Shown: positions 8,724 through 17,391 of the stretch, piece by piece
How the letters are laid out: each line of letters opens with the position of its first letter
Numbering within the stretch: position 1 is the first letter of the stretch
NCBI RefSeq assembly: GCF_003966335.1
Contig: NZ_CP034549.1
Location: 1,920,001-1,952,000, forward strand
DNA: 32,000 bases
From: Nonlabens ponticola
Lineage (GTDB): Bacteria; Bacteroidota; Bacteroidia; Flavobacteriales; Flavobacteriaceae
Reading direction: 5' to 3'
The notes under the pieces: model-generated
What the model was told of the DNA's origin: nothing
Database searches by the model: none
What the model saw: the letters and a program-made list of their open reading frames with translations, nothing else
Program-made: the position numbers and the translations under genes

Positions 8724-10336
8724 TAATTCGTTTTATAGACCCTAGTTAAATCAAGCATGTTCACGCCATTGGTTTGAAGACCGTGAATTTTCTTACTGAT
8801 AAAACGCACACTTTGATCATAGTATAATGGCAAGATGGCTGCCTGATCGATGATTAAAGAATCCATCTTGCGATATAGATCGAGTCTTAACTCATCATCA
8901 GTAGTAAGTAATGATTTCTCATACCATTCATCATACGCATCGCTAGAGAAGTGCGTATAATTAGGCCCGTTGGGCGCAAAGTTTCCAGAGTAAAACAGCG
9001 CTAGATAGTTTTGGGCATCTGGATAATCCGCAATCCAGCTGGATCTAAATATATCTAATTGGCCAGCGCTGCGCGCCTGCCTCAAAGTTGATGGCGGCAT
9101 GACCTCTAAATTTACCGTGATACCTATATTCTTTAATTCTCGTTGAATAAATTCGCACAGATCTAGATAGTTGGCATTAGTACTAATGGTTATCGACGGC
9201 TCGTTATCACCCGTTTCTTGCATGTACTCTGCGACTAATTGAGTCGCTGCTTTCGGGTCATACTTAAAACCTTCTATCTCGCCGCCAGCAGGCAGTCCAG
9301 CTGGTATGAATCCATGAATAGCTGGCGTACCTATATTATTACGCAGGTATTGAATCATCTTCTCTCGATCAAATCCTAGATTGATAGCACGTCTCAGCTT
9401 TAGGCTTTGCAATTCTGGAACCTTGTTGTCCAGTTTTATTCCTAAATATTCTGTGTTGAGAAAAGGTGCTTTTACCATGTTTACGCTGCTGGTATAAGCA
9501 GGTTTTAGCTCACCTGTGCTGGTTAATAATTCATCCTTATAACTAGGATCAATGGCGTTGACAAAATCTAGATTGCCTTGAGCGAACTCAAGAAATTCAG
9601 ATTGTTTATCGCTTTTAAAACTTATGGCAACTGCCTCTAGATAGGGTAGTTGTGCGCCAGCACTATCAGTCTCATGGTAACGATCATTGCGTCGCAGTAC
9701 CAATTTGATGTTTTCTTCCCATCGTTTCTTGTAAAATGGTCCTGTTCCTACCGGGTTGTCTCGCAGTTCATGATCAGGCAGCAATCTGCTAGACTCGGGA
9801 ACTATGGAGCAAAATTTCATCGATAGCAATCCTAAAAACGCTGGAAACGGCTGTTTCAACTTGATTTCAACAACCTTATCATTAACAGCTTTTATGCTAT
9901 CTACCTCGCTCAATACCCAGAAACCTGGTGAGGCAACGGCTGGATCTCGCAGTCTTTCTAGAGAATATTTGACATCCGCAGCGGTTACTTTGTAGGGTTG
10001 TGGTTGTGATTTTTCCGCTTTCGCGAAAGCGGAATCATTATAAAACTCTATACCATCCTTGAGAGTAAAGCGGTAGGTCAATCCATCGTCGCTGATCGTC
10101 CATGATGCCGCTAGGTCAGGAACTACCTTCAAATCTTGATCTAATTTGACCAGTCCATTGTAAAGCAGGTTGCAAGCCCAAATGTTGCGCTGATCCTTGG
10201 CAAATGCTGGGTCGAGGCTGGTAATATTAGCATGCTCGTTGTATCTAAAAACTGTACTGTCATCGATATCGCTGGACCGATCATTACAACTAGCAATCAA
10301 TGTGGCGAGAATTATAAAAAGGATACCATTTTTCAC
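8723..10336 (-). CDS. ABC transporter substrate-binding lipoprotein, family 5 (peptide/nickel type)
   Basis: 537 aa. GTG start, lipobox LIASC. The length and blocks (ITSLDPA, LYNGLVKLD, PDLAASWTISDDGLTYRFTLK) are typical of the DppA/OppA family. Confidence 0.75.
   Translation of the reverse strand: MKNGILFIILATLIASCNDRSSDIDDSTVFRYNEHANITSLDPAFAKDQRNIWACNLLYNGLVKLDQDLKVVPDLAASWTISDDGLTYRFTLKDGIEFYNDSAFAKAEKSQPQPYKVTAADVKYSLERLRDPAVASPGFWVLSEVDSIKAVNDKVVEIKLKQPFPAFLGLLSMKFCSIVPESSRLLPDHELRDNPVGTGPFYKKRWEENIKLVLRRNDRYHETDSAGAQLPYLEAVAISFKSDKQSEFLEFAQGNLDFVNAIDPSYKDELLTSTGELKPAYTSSVNMVKAPFLNTEYLGIKLDNKVPELQSLKLRRAINLGFDREKMIQYLRNNIGTPAIHGFIPAGLPAGGEIEGFKYDPKAATQLVAEYMQETGDNEPSITISTNANYLDLCEFIQRELKNIGITVNLEVMPPSTLRQARSAGQLDIFRSSWIADYPDAQNYLALFYSGNFAPNGPNYTHFSSDAYDEWYEKSLLTTDDELRLDLYRKMDSLIIDQAAILPLYYDQSVRFISKKIHGLQTNGVNMLDLTRVYKTN
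10013..10034. repeat. Dispersed palindromic element, copy 4, inside the SBP CDS (perfect 22-bp palindrome TTCCGCTTTCGCGAAAGCGGAA)
   Basis: It is read in frame on the minus strand as (D)SAFAKAE. Confidence 0.9.
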
Positions 10337-10340
10337 GTCT

Positions 10341-10348
10341 CAAAGATA
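10341..10348 (-). promoter_or_regulatory. Candidate -7 box (TATCTTTG on the minus strand), 4 nt from the SBP GTG start
   Basis: Plus-strand CAAAGATA. The spacer AGAC is followed by the GTG at 10336. Confidence 0.4.
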
Positions 10349-10392
10349 GCAGAGTTTGCGCTGTTGTTGGGTTTTAAAAGCTGTAGTTGTTT

Positions 10393-10400
10393 TATTTTTG
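10393..10400 (+). promoter_or_regulatory. Candidate -7 box (TATTTTTG) upstream of mtaB
   Basis: Matches TAnnTTTG. It lies 16 nt upstream of the ATG at 10417. Confidence 0.4.
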
Positions 10401-10416
10401 CAGCGCATAAACTGTT

Positions 10417-11745
10417 ATGATACAAACTGCACAGGATAAAAAATCAGTCGCCTTTTACACGCTGGGTTGTAAGCTCAACTTTAGCGAGACTTCTACTATT
10501 GCTCGTGATTTTGATAAGCACGGTTATGAAAAAAAAGAGTTTGACGAGCCTGCAGATATTTATGTCATCAATACATGCAGCGTTACAGAGAATGCTGACA
10601 AGCGTTTCAAGTCCATCGTCAAGCGTGCCCAAAAGCAAAATGCTGATGCCTTTACTATTGCAGTAGGTTGTTACGCACAACTCAAACCAGAAGAACTGGC
10701 TGCTGTAGATGGAGTTGATCTTGTGCTGGGCGCGACTGAAAAATTCAAGATTACCGATTACATTAATCAGCTTTCTAAGGATGAGCCAGCGCAGATTCAT
10801 TCTTGTGAAATCGATGAGGCAGATTTTTATGTGGGCTCCTATAGTATAGGTGATCGCACGCGTGCTTTTTTAAAGGTTCAGGATGGCTGTGATTATAAAT
10901 GCACCTATTGTACTATACCACTAGCACGTGGAATATCGCGCAGTGACACCATGGAAAATGTCCTGCAAAACGCAAGCGATATTGCCGCCCAAGATATCAA
11001 GGAGATCGTACTTACAGGTGTGAACATAGGTGATTATGGCAAGGGTGAGTTTGGTAACAAAAAGCACGAGCACACTTTTCTTGATCTCGTCACACAATTG
11101 GATCAAGTTGAAGGCATTGAGCGATTGCGTATATCGTCTATCGAGCCCAATTTGCTTAAGAACGAGACGATAGAATTAGTTGCAAGATCAAGAGCTTTTG
11201 TGCCGCACTTTCACATACCACTGCAATCGGGAAATAACGAATTGCTGGGCAAGATGAAGCGTCGTTACAGACGTGAATTGTACGTTGATCGTGTTGCTAA
11301 AATTAAAGAAGTGATGCCTGATTGTTGCATAGGTGTTGATGTGATAGTTGGTTTTCCAGGCGAGAGCGATGATCACTTTCTAGACACTTACAACTTCTTA
11401 AGTGAGTTGGATATTTCCTATTTACATGTTTTCACGTACTCAGAACGTGAGAATACCGAGGCTGCTGTGATGAAAGATGTGGTGCCCATAAGTGTACGTA
11501 AAAAACGTTCCAAAATGTTGCGTGGACTGTCTGTCAAAAAACGCCGTGCATTTTATGAGAGCCAATTGGGCAAATCAAAAACCGTCCTCTGGGAAGCAGA
11601 AAACAAGGAGGGCTTCATCCATGGATTTACCGAGAATTATGTCAAGGTCAAGACTTATTATAATCCTGAATTGATCAATCAGTTGCAAGCGGTAAAACTT
11701 GTTGAGATCGATGAAGATGGCCTCGTGCGCGTTGAGATTTTGTAG
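10417..11745 (+). CDS. mtaB: MiaB-like radical SAM tRNA methylthiotransferase (MtaB type)
   Basis: 442 aa. N-terminal UPF0004 domain (VAFYTLGCKLNFSE, INTCSVTENA) and radical SAM CDYKCTYCTIP. Confidence 0.85.
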   Translation: MIQTAQDKKSVAFYTLGCKLNFSETSTIARDFDKHGYEKKEFDEPADIYVINTCSVTENADKRFKSIVKRAQKQNADAFTIAVGCYAQLKPEELAAVDGVDLVLGATEKFKITDYINQLSKDEPAQIHSCEIDEADFYVGSYSIGDRTRAFLKVQDGCDYKCTYCTIPLARGISRSDTMENVLQNASDIAAQDIKEIVLTGVNIGDYGKGEFGNKKHEHTFLDLVTQLDQVEGIERLRISSIEPNLLKNETIELVARSRAFVPHFHIPLQSGNNELLGKMKRRYRRELYVDRVAKIKEVMPDCCIGVDVIVGFPGESDDHFLDTYNFLSELDISYLHVFTYSERENTEAAVMKDVVPISVRKKRSKMLRGLSVKKRRAFYESQLGKSKTVLWEAENKEGFIHGFTENYVKVKTYYNPELINQLQAVKLVEIDEDGLVRVEIL

Positions 11746-11869
11746 TCGGGCATCTATTTGAGGATTAGCGTCTTTTATTTTGAATTCTTGGTGGTTTTAT
11801 GACCAGAGTAGCTGCCTAATTATTTTGTTGAAATTTGGTTTTTGATTTATAGTAGTAGACTTTATGATC

Positions 11870-11887
11870 TTGCTTTCGCGAAAGCAA
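11870..11887. repeat. Dispersed palindromic element, variant copy 5 (TTGCTTTCGCGAAAGCAA, perfect 18-bp palindrome)
   Basis: It shares the central GCTTTCGCGAAAGC. It lies between mtaB and padR. Confidence 0.8.
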
Positions 11888-11933
11888 AATTTATATAACA
11901 CCTATTGCAACATTCAAATTAAATACTACATTT

Positions 11934-11954
11934 ATACCTAAGTTACCTAGGTAT
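11934..11954. promoter_or_regulatory. Inverted repeat ATACCTA-N7-TAGGTAT overlapping the padR start codon (possible operator)
   Basis: Perfect 7-bp arms. The right arm contains the AT of the ATG at 11953. Confidence 0.25.
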
Positions 11955-12285
11955 GCAAAATACGTCATTATTCAAGGGGAATCTCACGACTATCGTCCTG
12001 CAATTGCTGGATCGCGAGGGCATGATGTACGGTTATGAGATTACTCAAAAGGTTAAGGAAGAAACCAATGGTTCGCTTGAAATAAAAGAAGGTGCCTTGT
12101 ATCCAGTGCTACATAAGCTGGAAGCACAAGGTTTTTTGCAGGTAGAAGCGCGTAAGGTTGATAATCGCATACGTAAGTACTATAAGATTACCGAGGCTGG
12201 AAATGAAGAGCGTATATCCCAGCTAGATGCACTGCGTGACTATCTAGAAACCATGCAGCAGCTATTAATCCCTAAACCCATCTAA
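11953..12285 (+). CDS. PadR family transcriptional regulator
   Basis: 110 aa. The winged-helix block LVLQLLDREGMMYGYEITQKVKEETNGSLEIKEGALYPVLHKLEAQGFL is typical of PadR. Confidence 0.85.
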   Translation: MQNTSLFKGNLTTIVLQLLDREGMMYGYEITQKVKEETNGSLEIKEGALYPVLHKLEAQGFLQVEARKVDNRIRKYYKITEAGNEERISQLDALRDYLETMQQLLIPKPI

Positions 12286-12287
12286 TC

Positions 12288-12992
12288 ATGAAGACACTTA
12301 ATGAGCAGCAAATTGATGAGCTTTACATATTTACTCGTCAACATTTTGTAGAACATTTTGATCTACAAACAGAGCTGGTTGATCACATGGCGCATGGTAT
12401 AGAGGCGCAATGGGCACGCAATGAGCAATTAACTTTTGAACAGGCGCGAGATCTTGAGTTTAAGAAATTTGGCGTGTTCGGGTTCATGGAAGTGGTGGAA
12501 AAACGGCAAGCTGCGCTAGGTAAGAAATATATGAGAATCATATGGACACATTTTAAGCAATACATGAGACTGCCTAGAGTGTTGGGTTTTATCGCAATTA
12601 TTCTAGGCTTCTATTACCTGCTAGCGATAAACCATGAATACACGCACGAGATCATCATGAGTCTTCTAGGCATTTTTGTAGTGACATACATAGGATTGCT
12701 TTTTTATCAAAAGCGACAACTCAAAAAATCACAGCAGCAAACCGGTAAGAAGTGGCTATTCAAGGAAATAATATTCACCAATGGCGCCGGTTGGGGCTTT
12801 TTTGTTATACCTACACATCTGTTCAATGTATTTATTATAGGTGGTCATGATGGTTACAGCAATTGGGTACTGTTCATTTTTAGCATTGTATTATGTTCGA
12901 TGGTCTTGATGTTTTACATCATGTGTTTTGAGATTACCACTAGGGCAGACGAGTACCTGGAAGAAACCTATCCTGAGTATAAACTAGTTTAA
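12288..12992 (+). CDS. PadR-associated integral membrane protein (hypothetical)
   Basis: 234 aa. It starts 2 nt after the padR stop. It has a soluble N-terminal part followed by about 4 hydrophobic helices. Confidence 0.55.
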   Translation: MKTLNEQQIDELYIFTRQHFVEHFDLQTELVDHMAHGIEAQWARNEQLTFEQARDLEFKKFGVFGFMEVVEKRQAALGKKYMRIIWTHFKQYMRLPRVLGFIAIILGFYYLLAINHEYTHEIIMSLLGIFVVTYIGLLFYQKRQLKKSQQQTGKKWLFKEIIFTNGAGWGFFVIPTHLFNVFIIGGHDGYSNWVLFIFSIVLCSMVLMFYIMCFEITTRADEYLEETYPEYKLV

Positions 12993-13089
12993 GCTTATTA
13001 GAGATTTAGTTGCCTGTAGCAAAGTTCATCATGCTACCATTCATCTAATTCGTTCGTAGCATATGTATACTATGAAACCTGCGAGTAAA

Positions 13090-13316
13090 GTTTTTTGATT
13101 TCCCAACAGCAGCAATGATCCTTTTTAGGCACTTAAAATTTTTATAGAAAGCTGGAAGTTTCGCTTCTAAACGTTTTTACCTACTTAGAACGTGAAAACA
13201 CTAAAGCTGCCGAAATGCAAGAAATTATTTCAGTGAGCTTGCGTAAATAATTTTTCAAGGTGTTGCGTGGACTATCGAAAGAGAAGAAGTTTCGTGCTTT
13301 ATTTAAAAGCCAGTAA
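13090..13316 (+). pseudogene. Decayed fragment homologous to the 3' region of mtaB (about 11345-11575)
   Basis: Manual alignment at a constant offset of about 1745-1746 nt. The remnant reads VFTYLERENTKAAEMQEIISVSLRK*FFKVLRGLSKEKKFRALFKSQ*, versus mtaB VFTYSERENTEAAVMKDVVPISVRKKRSKMLRGLSVKKRRAFYESQ. It has in-frame stops and a 1-nt indel upstream. Confidence 0.75.
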
Positions 13317-13326
13317 GGCAGCTTAG

Positions 13327-14109
13327 TTATTGCATATCAAAAATTATTGGTAATTCATACATCACACGTACTGGCTCACCTCTTTGATAGCCTGGTTTAA
13401 ATTCAGGCAATTGTTGTAGAACATTTAAAGCTTCATATTCCAAAAGAGGATTTAAGGCATCAACCTTAAAGGACTCAGCTTTTCCTTCTTTATTAATGGT
13501 GAATTGTGTTTCTATCTCAATTGCACCAGATAAACCAGTATGACCAGCGATACCTTTATTGAATTTTCTTGAAACAAGAAGCGCTATGTTTTTTTGCATA
13601 CAATTTTTGCGACCTTTATTTGGTCGCTCTTTAAAGCAGCCTGGGTAAACAGGCACTTTTTCTATAAAAGAAATCGCTATTTCTGACTCTTTATCTGATT
13701 GATTTAATTCTTCGTCAAGGTTTTGAAGATCATTTTCACGACTTATATGATCCTTTGATCGAATTAAGCCTATTCGAGATCTTTTGACAATTGAGCTACT
13801 AGGCTTACTTAGTTGAATAGCCTTAGTATAAGCATCTTTTGCATCCTCATAGTTTGCCAATGCAAACTCTATATCACCTTTAATTTGATAAACATATGCT
13901 TGCTTACTCAAATTCTCATTTTGTAGATTTTTCTCTACTTGTTTTTTAGCCCACTCGAATTTTTGTAGCGAATACGATTTTCTAGTCTCATTGAAGATCG
14001 CAACATCGCTGAGACTAGTATTTTTATTGAGTTGTGAGTAGGTACTAATACTCGTAAGTATTACAACGAGGATAAAGATATTTCTGGTGGTCATAATGGC
14101 AAGGTTCAT
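13327..14109 (-). CDS. Secreted TPR plus TonB C-terminal-domain protein, paralogue 1
   Basis: 260 aa. Signal peptide, a TPR-like segment (YQIKGDIEFALANYEDAKDAYTKAIQL), and a C-terminal TonB_C-like region: VPVYPGC...C...GAIEIETQFTINKEG...ALNVLQQLPEFKPGYQRGEPVRVMYELPIIF. Confidence 0.7.
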   Translation of the reverse strand: MNLAIMTTRNIFILVVILTSISTYSQLNKNTSLSDVAIFNETRKSYSLQKFEWAKKQVEKNLQNENLSKQAYVYQIKGDIEFALANYEDAKDAYTKAIQLSKPSSSIVKRSRIGLIRSKDHISRENDLQNLDEELNQSDKESEIAISFIEKVPVYPGCFKERPNKGRKNCMQKNIALLVSRKFNKGIAGHTGLSGAIEIETQFTINKEGKAESFKVDALNPLLEYEALNVLQQLPEFKPGYQRGEPVRVMYELPIIFDMQ

Positions 14110-14150
14110 TTGTCTTTTCTAAAACTTAGTATTGATTTGCTGATGGTCAA

Positions 14151-14954
14151 TTATTCCACGTAAAAGATAATAGGCAATGCATATACCACGCTTACTGGCA
14201 CACCTTTTTGTTCGCCGGGCTGCATTTGTGTTATGCTTGATACTACACGAATAGCTTCTTCTTCTAGGATAGGATTAATTGATTTTGCATGTACATCAAC
14301 AACCTTTCCAGTATCATCAATTTTAAATTGAACACGTATAGAGATCTTTCCTAGAATCCCAGTAAGAGTGGCAATATCGGTATCGAATTCATTTGACACA
14401 TGAGCGCTTACAGCATCTTGCATGCAAGCTTTTAATTCAAGATTGGTTTGGTTTGCATCACAACCAGGATAGACTGGTACTCTTTCAATAATTGCAAAAG
14501 GCACAGTAGTCAGTGATGTATCTATTGTGGTTTTCTTTTTTGCGATCGAATCCTTTTTAACTTTAGGTAGCTTATTAGCATCAAAATCTTTTTCTCTCAT
14601 TATTCTTTCTACAGATCGAGAGATACCTATCTGTGCAATATTAGTGAGCGGACTTCCAATAGGAGCGCTTTCTAATGTTTTGAGATAAGCTTCTTTTGCT
14701 TTATTCATATCTCGTTCAGCAAAATAGATATGGGCATCCAATAATTGAACCTGACTCAAATCCTTGAGATCATCAGACTGCAAACATTTATTCATCAATT
14801 TGCGAGCGCTGTCAAAATCTTGCGTAGCATAAGCCTTAAAAGTTTTGTCGATTTTCTTTTTATCTCGGCGCGATAAATCATCAAGTGTTTGACTAAAAGA
14901 AATAGTCGGCAGAATAAATAGCAAAAGGAAAAAAGTAATAAAAGGTTTATTCAT
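14151..14954 (-). CDS. Secreted TPR plus TonB C-terminal-domain protein, paralogue 2
   Basis: 267 aa with the same architecture: VPVYPGC...C...ISIRVQFKIDDTGKV...EEAIRVVSSITQMQPGEQKGVPVSVVYALPIIF. Confidence 0.7.
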   Translation of the reverse strand: MNKPFITFFLLLFILPTISFSQTLDDLSRRDKKKIDKTFKAYATQDFDSARKLMNKCLQSDDLKDLSQVQLLDAHIYFAERDMNKAKEAYLKTLESAPIGSPLTNIAQIGISRSVERIMREKDFDANKLPKVKKDSIAKKKTTIDTSLTTVPFAIIERVPVYPGCDANQTNLELKACMQDAVSAHVSNEFDTDIATLTGILGKISIRVQFKIDDTGKVVDVHAKSINPILEEEAIRVVSSITQMQPGEQKGVPVSVVYALPIIFYVE

Positions 14955-14997
14955 TTGGTAATGTTATGCGGAATTAATTTTTTAATTCAATCGTTAT

Positions 14998-15756
14998 CTA
15001 CAAATGTACATGCAGGTTCTCACGCAATCTTACGGCGTTCCCATCATAGATAGCTGGCTCGATGTCAGTAATACTTTGTAAAATTCTAATCGCCTCTAAT
15101 TCAAATAATGGGTGCGATGAAAACGGCTGTATATCAGATAGTGAACCATCTTTTTCAATAGTAAAATGACCGCCTATAAAAGCATGCCCTTTCCAATTAA
15201 TAGCATCATATAGACCGTCATCAAAATTATAAGTCACTAAATCATTTATATAATAGTGCAGACATTTATCGGTTGCCGTAGCGGTTTCTTCTTTCTCACA
15301 ACCGCGGTAGGTCGCCATCTTATCAAGGCTTTCTATTTTTTCATTGCTGCTCATGTAGATTAAATCGTTTTTTAGATCTTCCTGGATACTATTGTTAGGA
15401 TGGCAGTTGTTTCCAGAATGTTTGATGTGGACCTTTGCTCTTGCTATGTAATTCTGCAATAGAATTACCTTGTCGCTTCCTATTTTCAAGGATTGTATTG
15501 CTTCTAGATAGGCTTTTTGAGCCTCTTTATATTCTTGATTTGCATAATATAAATTTCCTAGAAAAATTTGAGCGTCAGCATTTACGGAACCCTCATTTTT
15601 CTCAAATGCTTTTATGCATTGGCGTATGGCACGGGCATATTTATGTTTTTGATAAAGCTTGATAGATCTCCTATAGTCCTTAGATAACTCGCTTGTTTGG
15701 GCATAAGAATTCAAGGCAAATAGTGACATCATCATCACCAATAGAGTACGTTTCAA
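14998..15756 (-). CDS. Secreted TPR plus divergent TonB_C-like protein, paralogue 3 (start re-assigned)
   Basis: The track ORF runs to 15999, but that part is antisense to aroC. A TTG at 15756 gives (M)[19 protein letters not shown], a clean signal peptide. The length (252 aa) matches the paralogues, and a TAACTTTG -7 box lies 30 nt upstream. Alternative starts are the ATGs at 15735 and 15822. Confidence 0.6.
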   Translation of the reverse strand: MKRTLLVMMMSLFALNSYAQTSELSKDYRRSIKLYQKHKYARAIRQCIKAFEKNEGSVNADAQIFLGNLYYANQEYKEAQKAYLEAIQSLKIGSDKVILLQNYIARAKVHIKHSGNNCHPNNSIQEDLKNDLIYMSSNEKIESLDKMATYRGCEKEETATATDKCLHYYINDLVTYNFDDGLYDAINWKGHAFIGGHFTIEKDGSLSDIQPFSSHPLFELEAIRILQSITDIEPAIYDGNAVRLRENLHVHL

Positions 15757-15785
15757 AAGATCAACTTTAAAAGTTAAAGAACTCT

Positions 15786-15793
15786 CAAAGTTA
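15786..15793 (-). promoter_or_regulatory. Candidate -7 box (TAACTTTG on the minus strand) for TonB_C paralogue 3
   Basis: Plus-strand CAAAGTTA. It lies 29 nt upstream of the proposed TTG start. Confidence 0.3.
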
Positions 15794-15807
15794 ACTATCT
15801 CAAACCT

Positions 15808-15815
15808 TATATTTG
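15808..15815 (+). promoter_or_regulatory. Candidate -7 box (TATATTTG), 5 nt from the aroC ATG
   Basis: Matches TAnnTTTG. The spacer TTCGC is followed by the ATG at 15821. Confidence 0.4.
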
Positions 15816-15820
15816 TTCGC

Positions 15821-16885
15821 ATGGCAGGAAATACCTTTGGACAACTTTTTAAGCTCACCACCTTTGGTGAGTCACACGGTATAGCAATAGGTGGAATCAT
15901 TGACGGCTGTCCGGCTGGGCTCCAGTTGGATCTCAAAGCCGTGCAACGTGATCTTGATCGCCGTAAACCTGGCCAAAGCAAGATCGTGACCCAGCGCAAG
16001 GAATCAGATACTGTGCAGATTCTTTCTGGGATTTTTGAAGGTGTTACTACGGGAACGCCTATTGGTTTTCAAATCGTCAACGAGAACCAAAAATCAAAGG
16101 ATTACTCACATATAAAAGACACGTACAGACCTAGTCATGCAGATAAGGTTTACGACGATAAATACGGTACTCGCGATTATCGTGGTGGTGGTCGCAGCAG
16201 CGCTCGTGAGACCGCTAGTAGGGTGGTGGCTGGCGCGGTGGCAAAACAGCTTTTGGCTCACATGAAAATTTATGCGTTTACCACGGCTGTAGGTGATCTA
16301 GAACAAGACAAGCCTTATCAAGAGCTTGATTTTAACGAGATCGAGAATAATGCAGTAAGGTGTGCAGATTCCGCTTTCGCGAAAGCGTGCACTCAAAAAA
16401 TCCTTGAGGTCAGAAAGGCAGGTGACACTATAGGTGGCGTCATAACATGCGTTATCCAGAATGTTGACTCTGGTCTGGGCGAGCCAGTCTTTGACAAACT
16501 ACATGCAGATCTTGCCAAAGCCATGCTGTCCATCAACGCGGTAAAAGGTTTTGAATACGGTAGTGGCTTTGAAGGAAGCAAGATGCTGGGCAGCGAGCAT
16601 AACGATCTTTACAATCAGGACGGCACCACTCAAACCAACTTGAGCGGTGGTATTCAAGGTGGTATATCCAATGGTATGGACATCTATTTCAAAGTTGCCT
16701 TTAAACCAGTTGCCACCATCATGCAAGATCAGCCAACGATTAATTCTAAGGGTGAACAAACGCAGATGCAAGGAAAAGGGCGGCACGATCCATGTGTGGT
16801 ACCTAGAGCGGTTCCTATTGTTGAAGCCATGGCCGCGCTCGTATTGGCAGACCATTATCTGAGAAGTAGAACATCACGAGTATGA
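15821..16885 (+). CDS. aroC: Chorismate synthase
   Basis: 354 aa. N-terminus [20 protein letters not shown], then [23 protein letters not shown], and [18 protein letters not shown]. Confidence 0.95.
   Translation: MAGNTFGQLFKLTTFGESHGIAIGGIIDGCPAGLQLDLKAVQRDLDRRKPGQSKIVTQRKESDTVQILSGIFEGVTTGTPIGFQIVNENQKSKDYSHIKDTYRPSHADKVYDDKYGTRDYRGGGRSSARETASRVVAGAVAKQLLAHMKIYAFTTAVGDLEQDKPYQELDFNEIENNAVRCADSAFAKACTQKILEVRKAGDTIGGVITCVIQNVDSGLGEPVFDKLHADLAKAMLSINAVKGFEYGSGFEGSKMLGSEHNDLYNQDGTTQTNLSGGIQGGISNGMDIYFKVAFKPVATIMQDQPTINSKGEQTQMQGKGRHDPCVVPRAVPIVEAMAALVLADHYLRSRTSRV
16372..16387. repeat. Dispersed palindromic element core, copy 6, inside the aroC CDS (CGCTTTCGCGAAAGCG)
   Basis: Frame check from 15821 gives gat tcc gct ttc gcg aaa gcg tgc = DSAFAKAC. 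Confidence 0.9.
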
Positions 16886-17382
16886 TTACTATTAAGGATT
16901 TTTTACGTTTAGCGCTCAAAGCGATAGGCATCCTATTGTTTTTTGAATGTGTTTTAACTTTGATTTCATATCTGTTTTTAGCCACGACCTATGAAAGTAA
17001 TGAGTACATGATAGCTATAGGGTCAATGATTGTATCATTGGCACTTATCGTTCTTATATTTTTTGCAGGTACAGATCATGTCATCAAGTGGCTGCTTCTA
17101 GATAAACATTTTGAGGGAAAGACAATTTCTACCGAGGTAAAGACCTCTCAGATTTTTGAAATAGTCATTTTTGGGATTGGTTTCTATTTTATAATGATTT
17201 CATTACCAGACATTATTTACTGGATCGTGGCACGATTTAGTGAATCTGTAAGTAATAATGCGGGATCGTTATCTGCTTACTTCAGCTTTACTGAGGCTCA
17301 ATTAGGAAACAATATCATCGTTTTTATACTGTCGCTACTAATCATAGTGTGCAGAAAACCCATCATTAGATTCTTGAACTAA
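16882..17382 (+). CDS. Hypothetical integral membrane protein
   Basis: 166 aa with about 4 hydrophobic helices. Its start overlaps the aroC stop (ATGA). I recognise no family. Confidence 0.5.
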   Translation: MITIKDFLRLALKAIGILLFFECVLTLISYLFLATTYESNEYMIAIGSMIVSLALIVLIFFAGTDHVIKWLLLDKHFEGKTISTEVKTSQIFEIVIFGIGFYFIMISLPDIIYWIVARFSESVSNNAGSLSAYFSFTEAQLGNNIIVFILSLLIIVCRKPIIRFLN

Positions 17383-17391
17383 TAACATTAC

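Noticed and set aside
9804-12565. Track ORFs 9804-9995, 10232-10420, 10444-10800, 10921-11106, 11188-11376, 11492-11674 and 12383-12565.
   Set aside because: All lie within, antisense to, or out of frame with the SBP, mtaB or PadR-associated membrane protein CDSs. None has independent support.
15757-15999. The 5' extension of track ORF 14998-15999 (333 aa), including an ATG at 15822 whose CAT overlaps the aroC ATG in the sequence CATG.
   Set aside because: The extension beyond 15822 is antisense to the well-supported aroC CDS and reads as Arg/Ser/Pro-rich nonsense. The signal peptide only begins at [19 protein letters not shown]. Two candidate divergent -7 boxes lie inside the extension. A TTG at 15756 gives a length matching the two paralogues.
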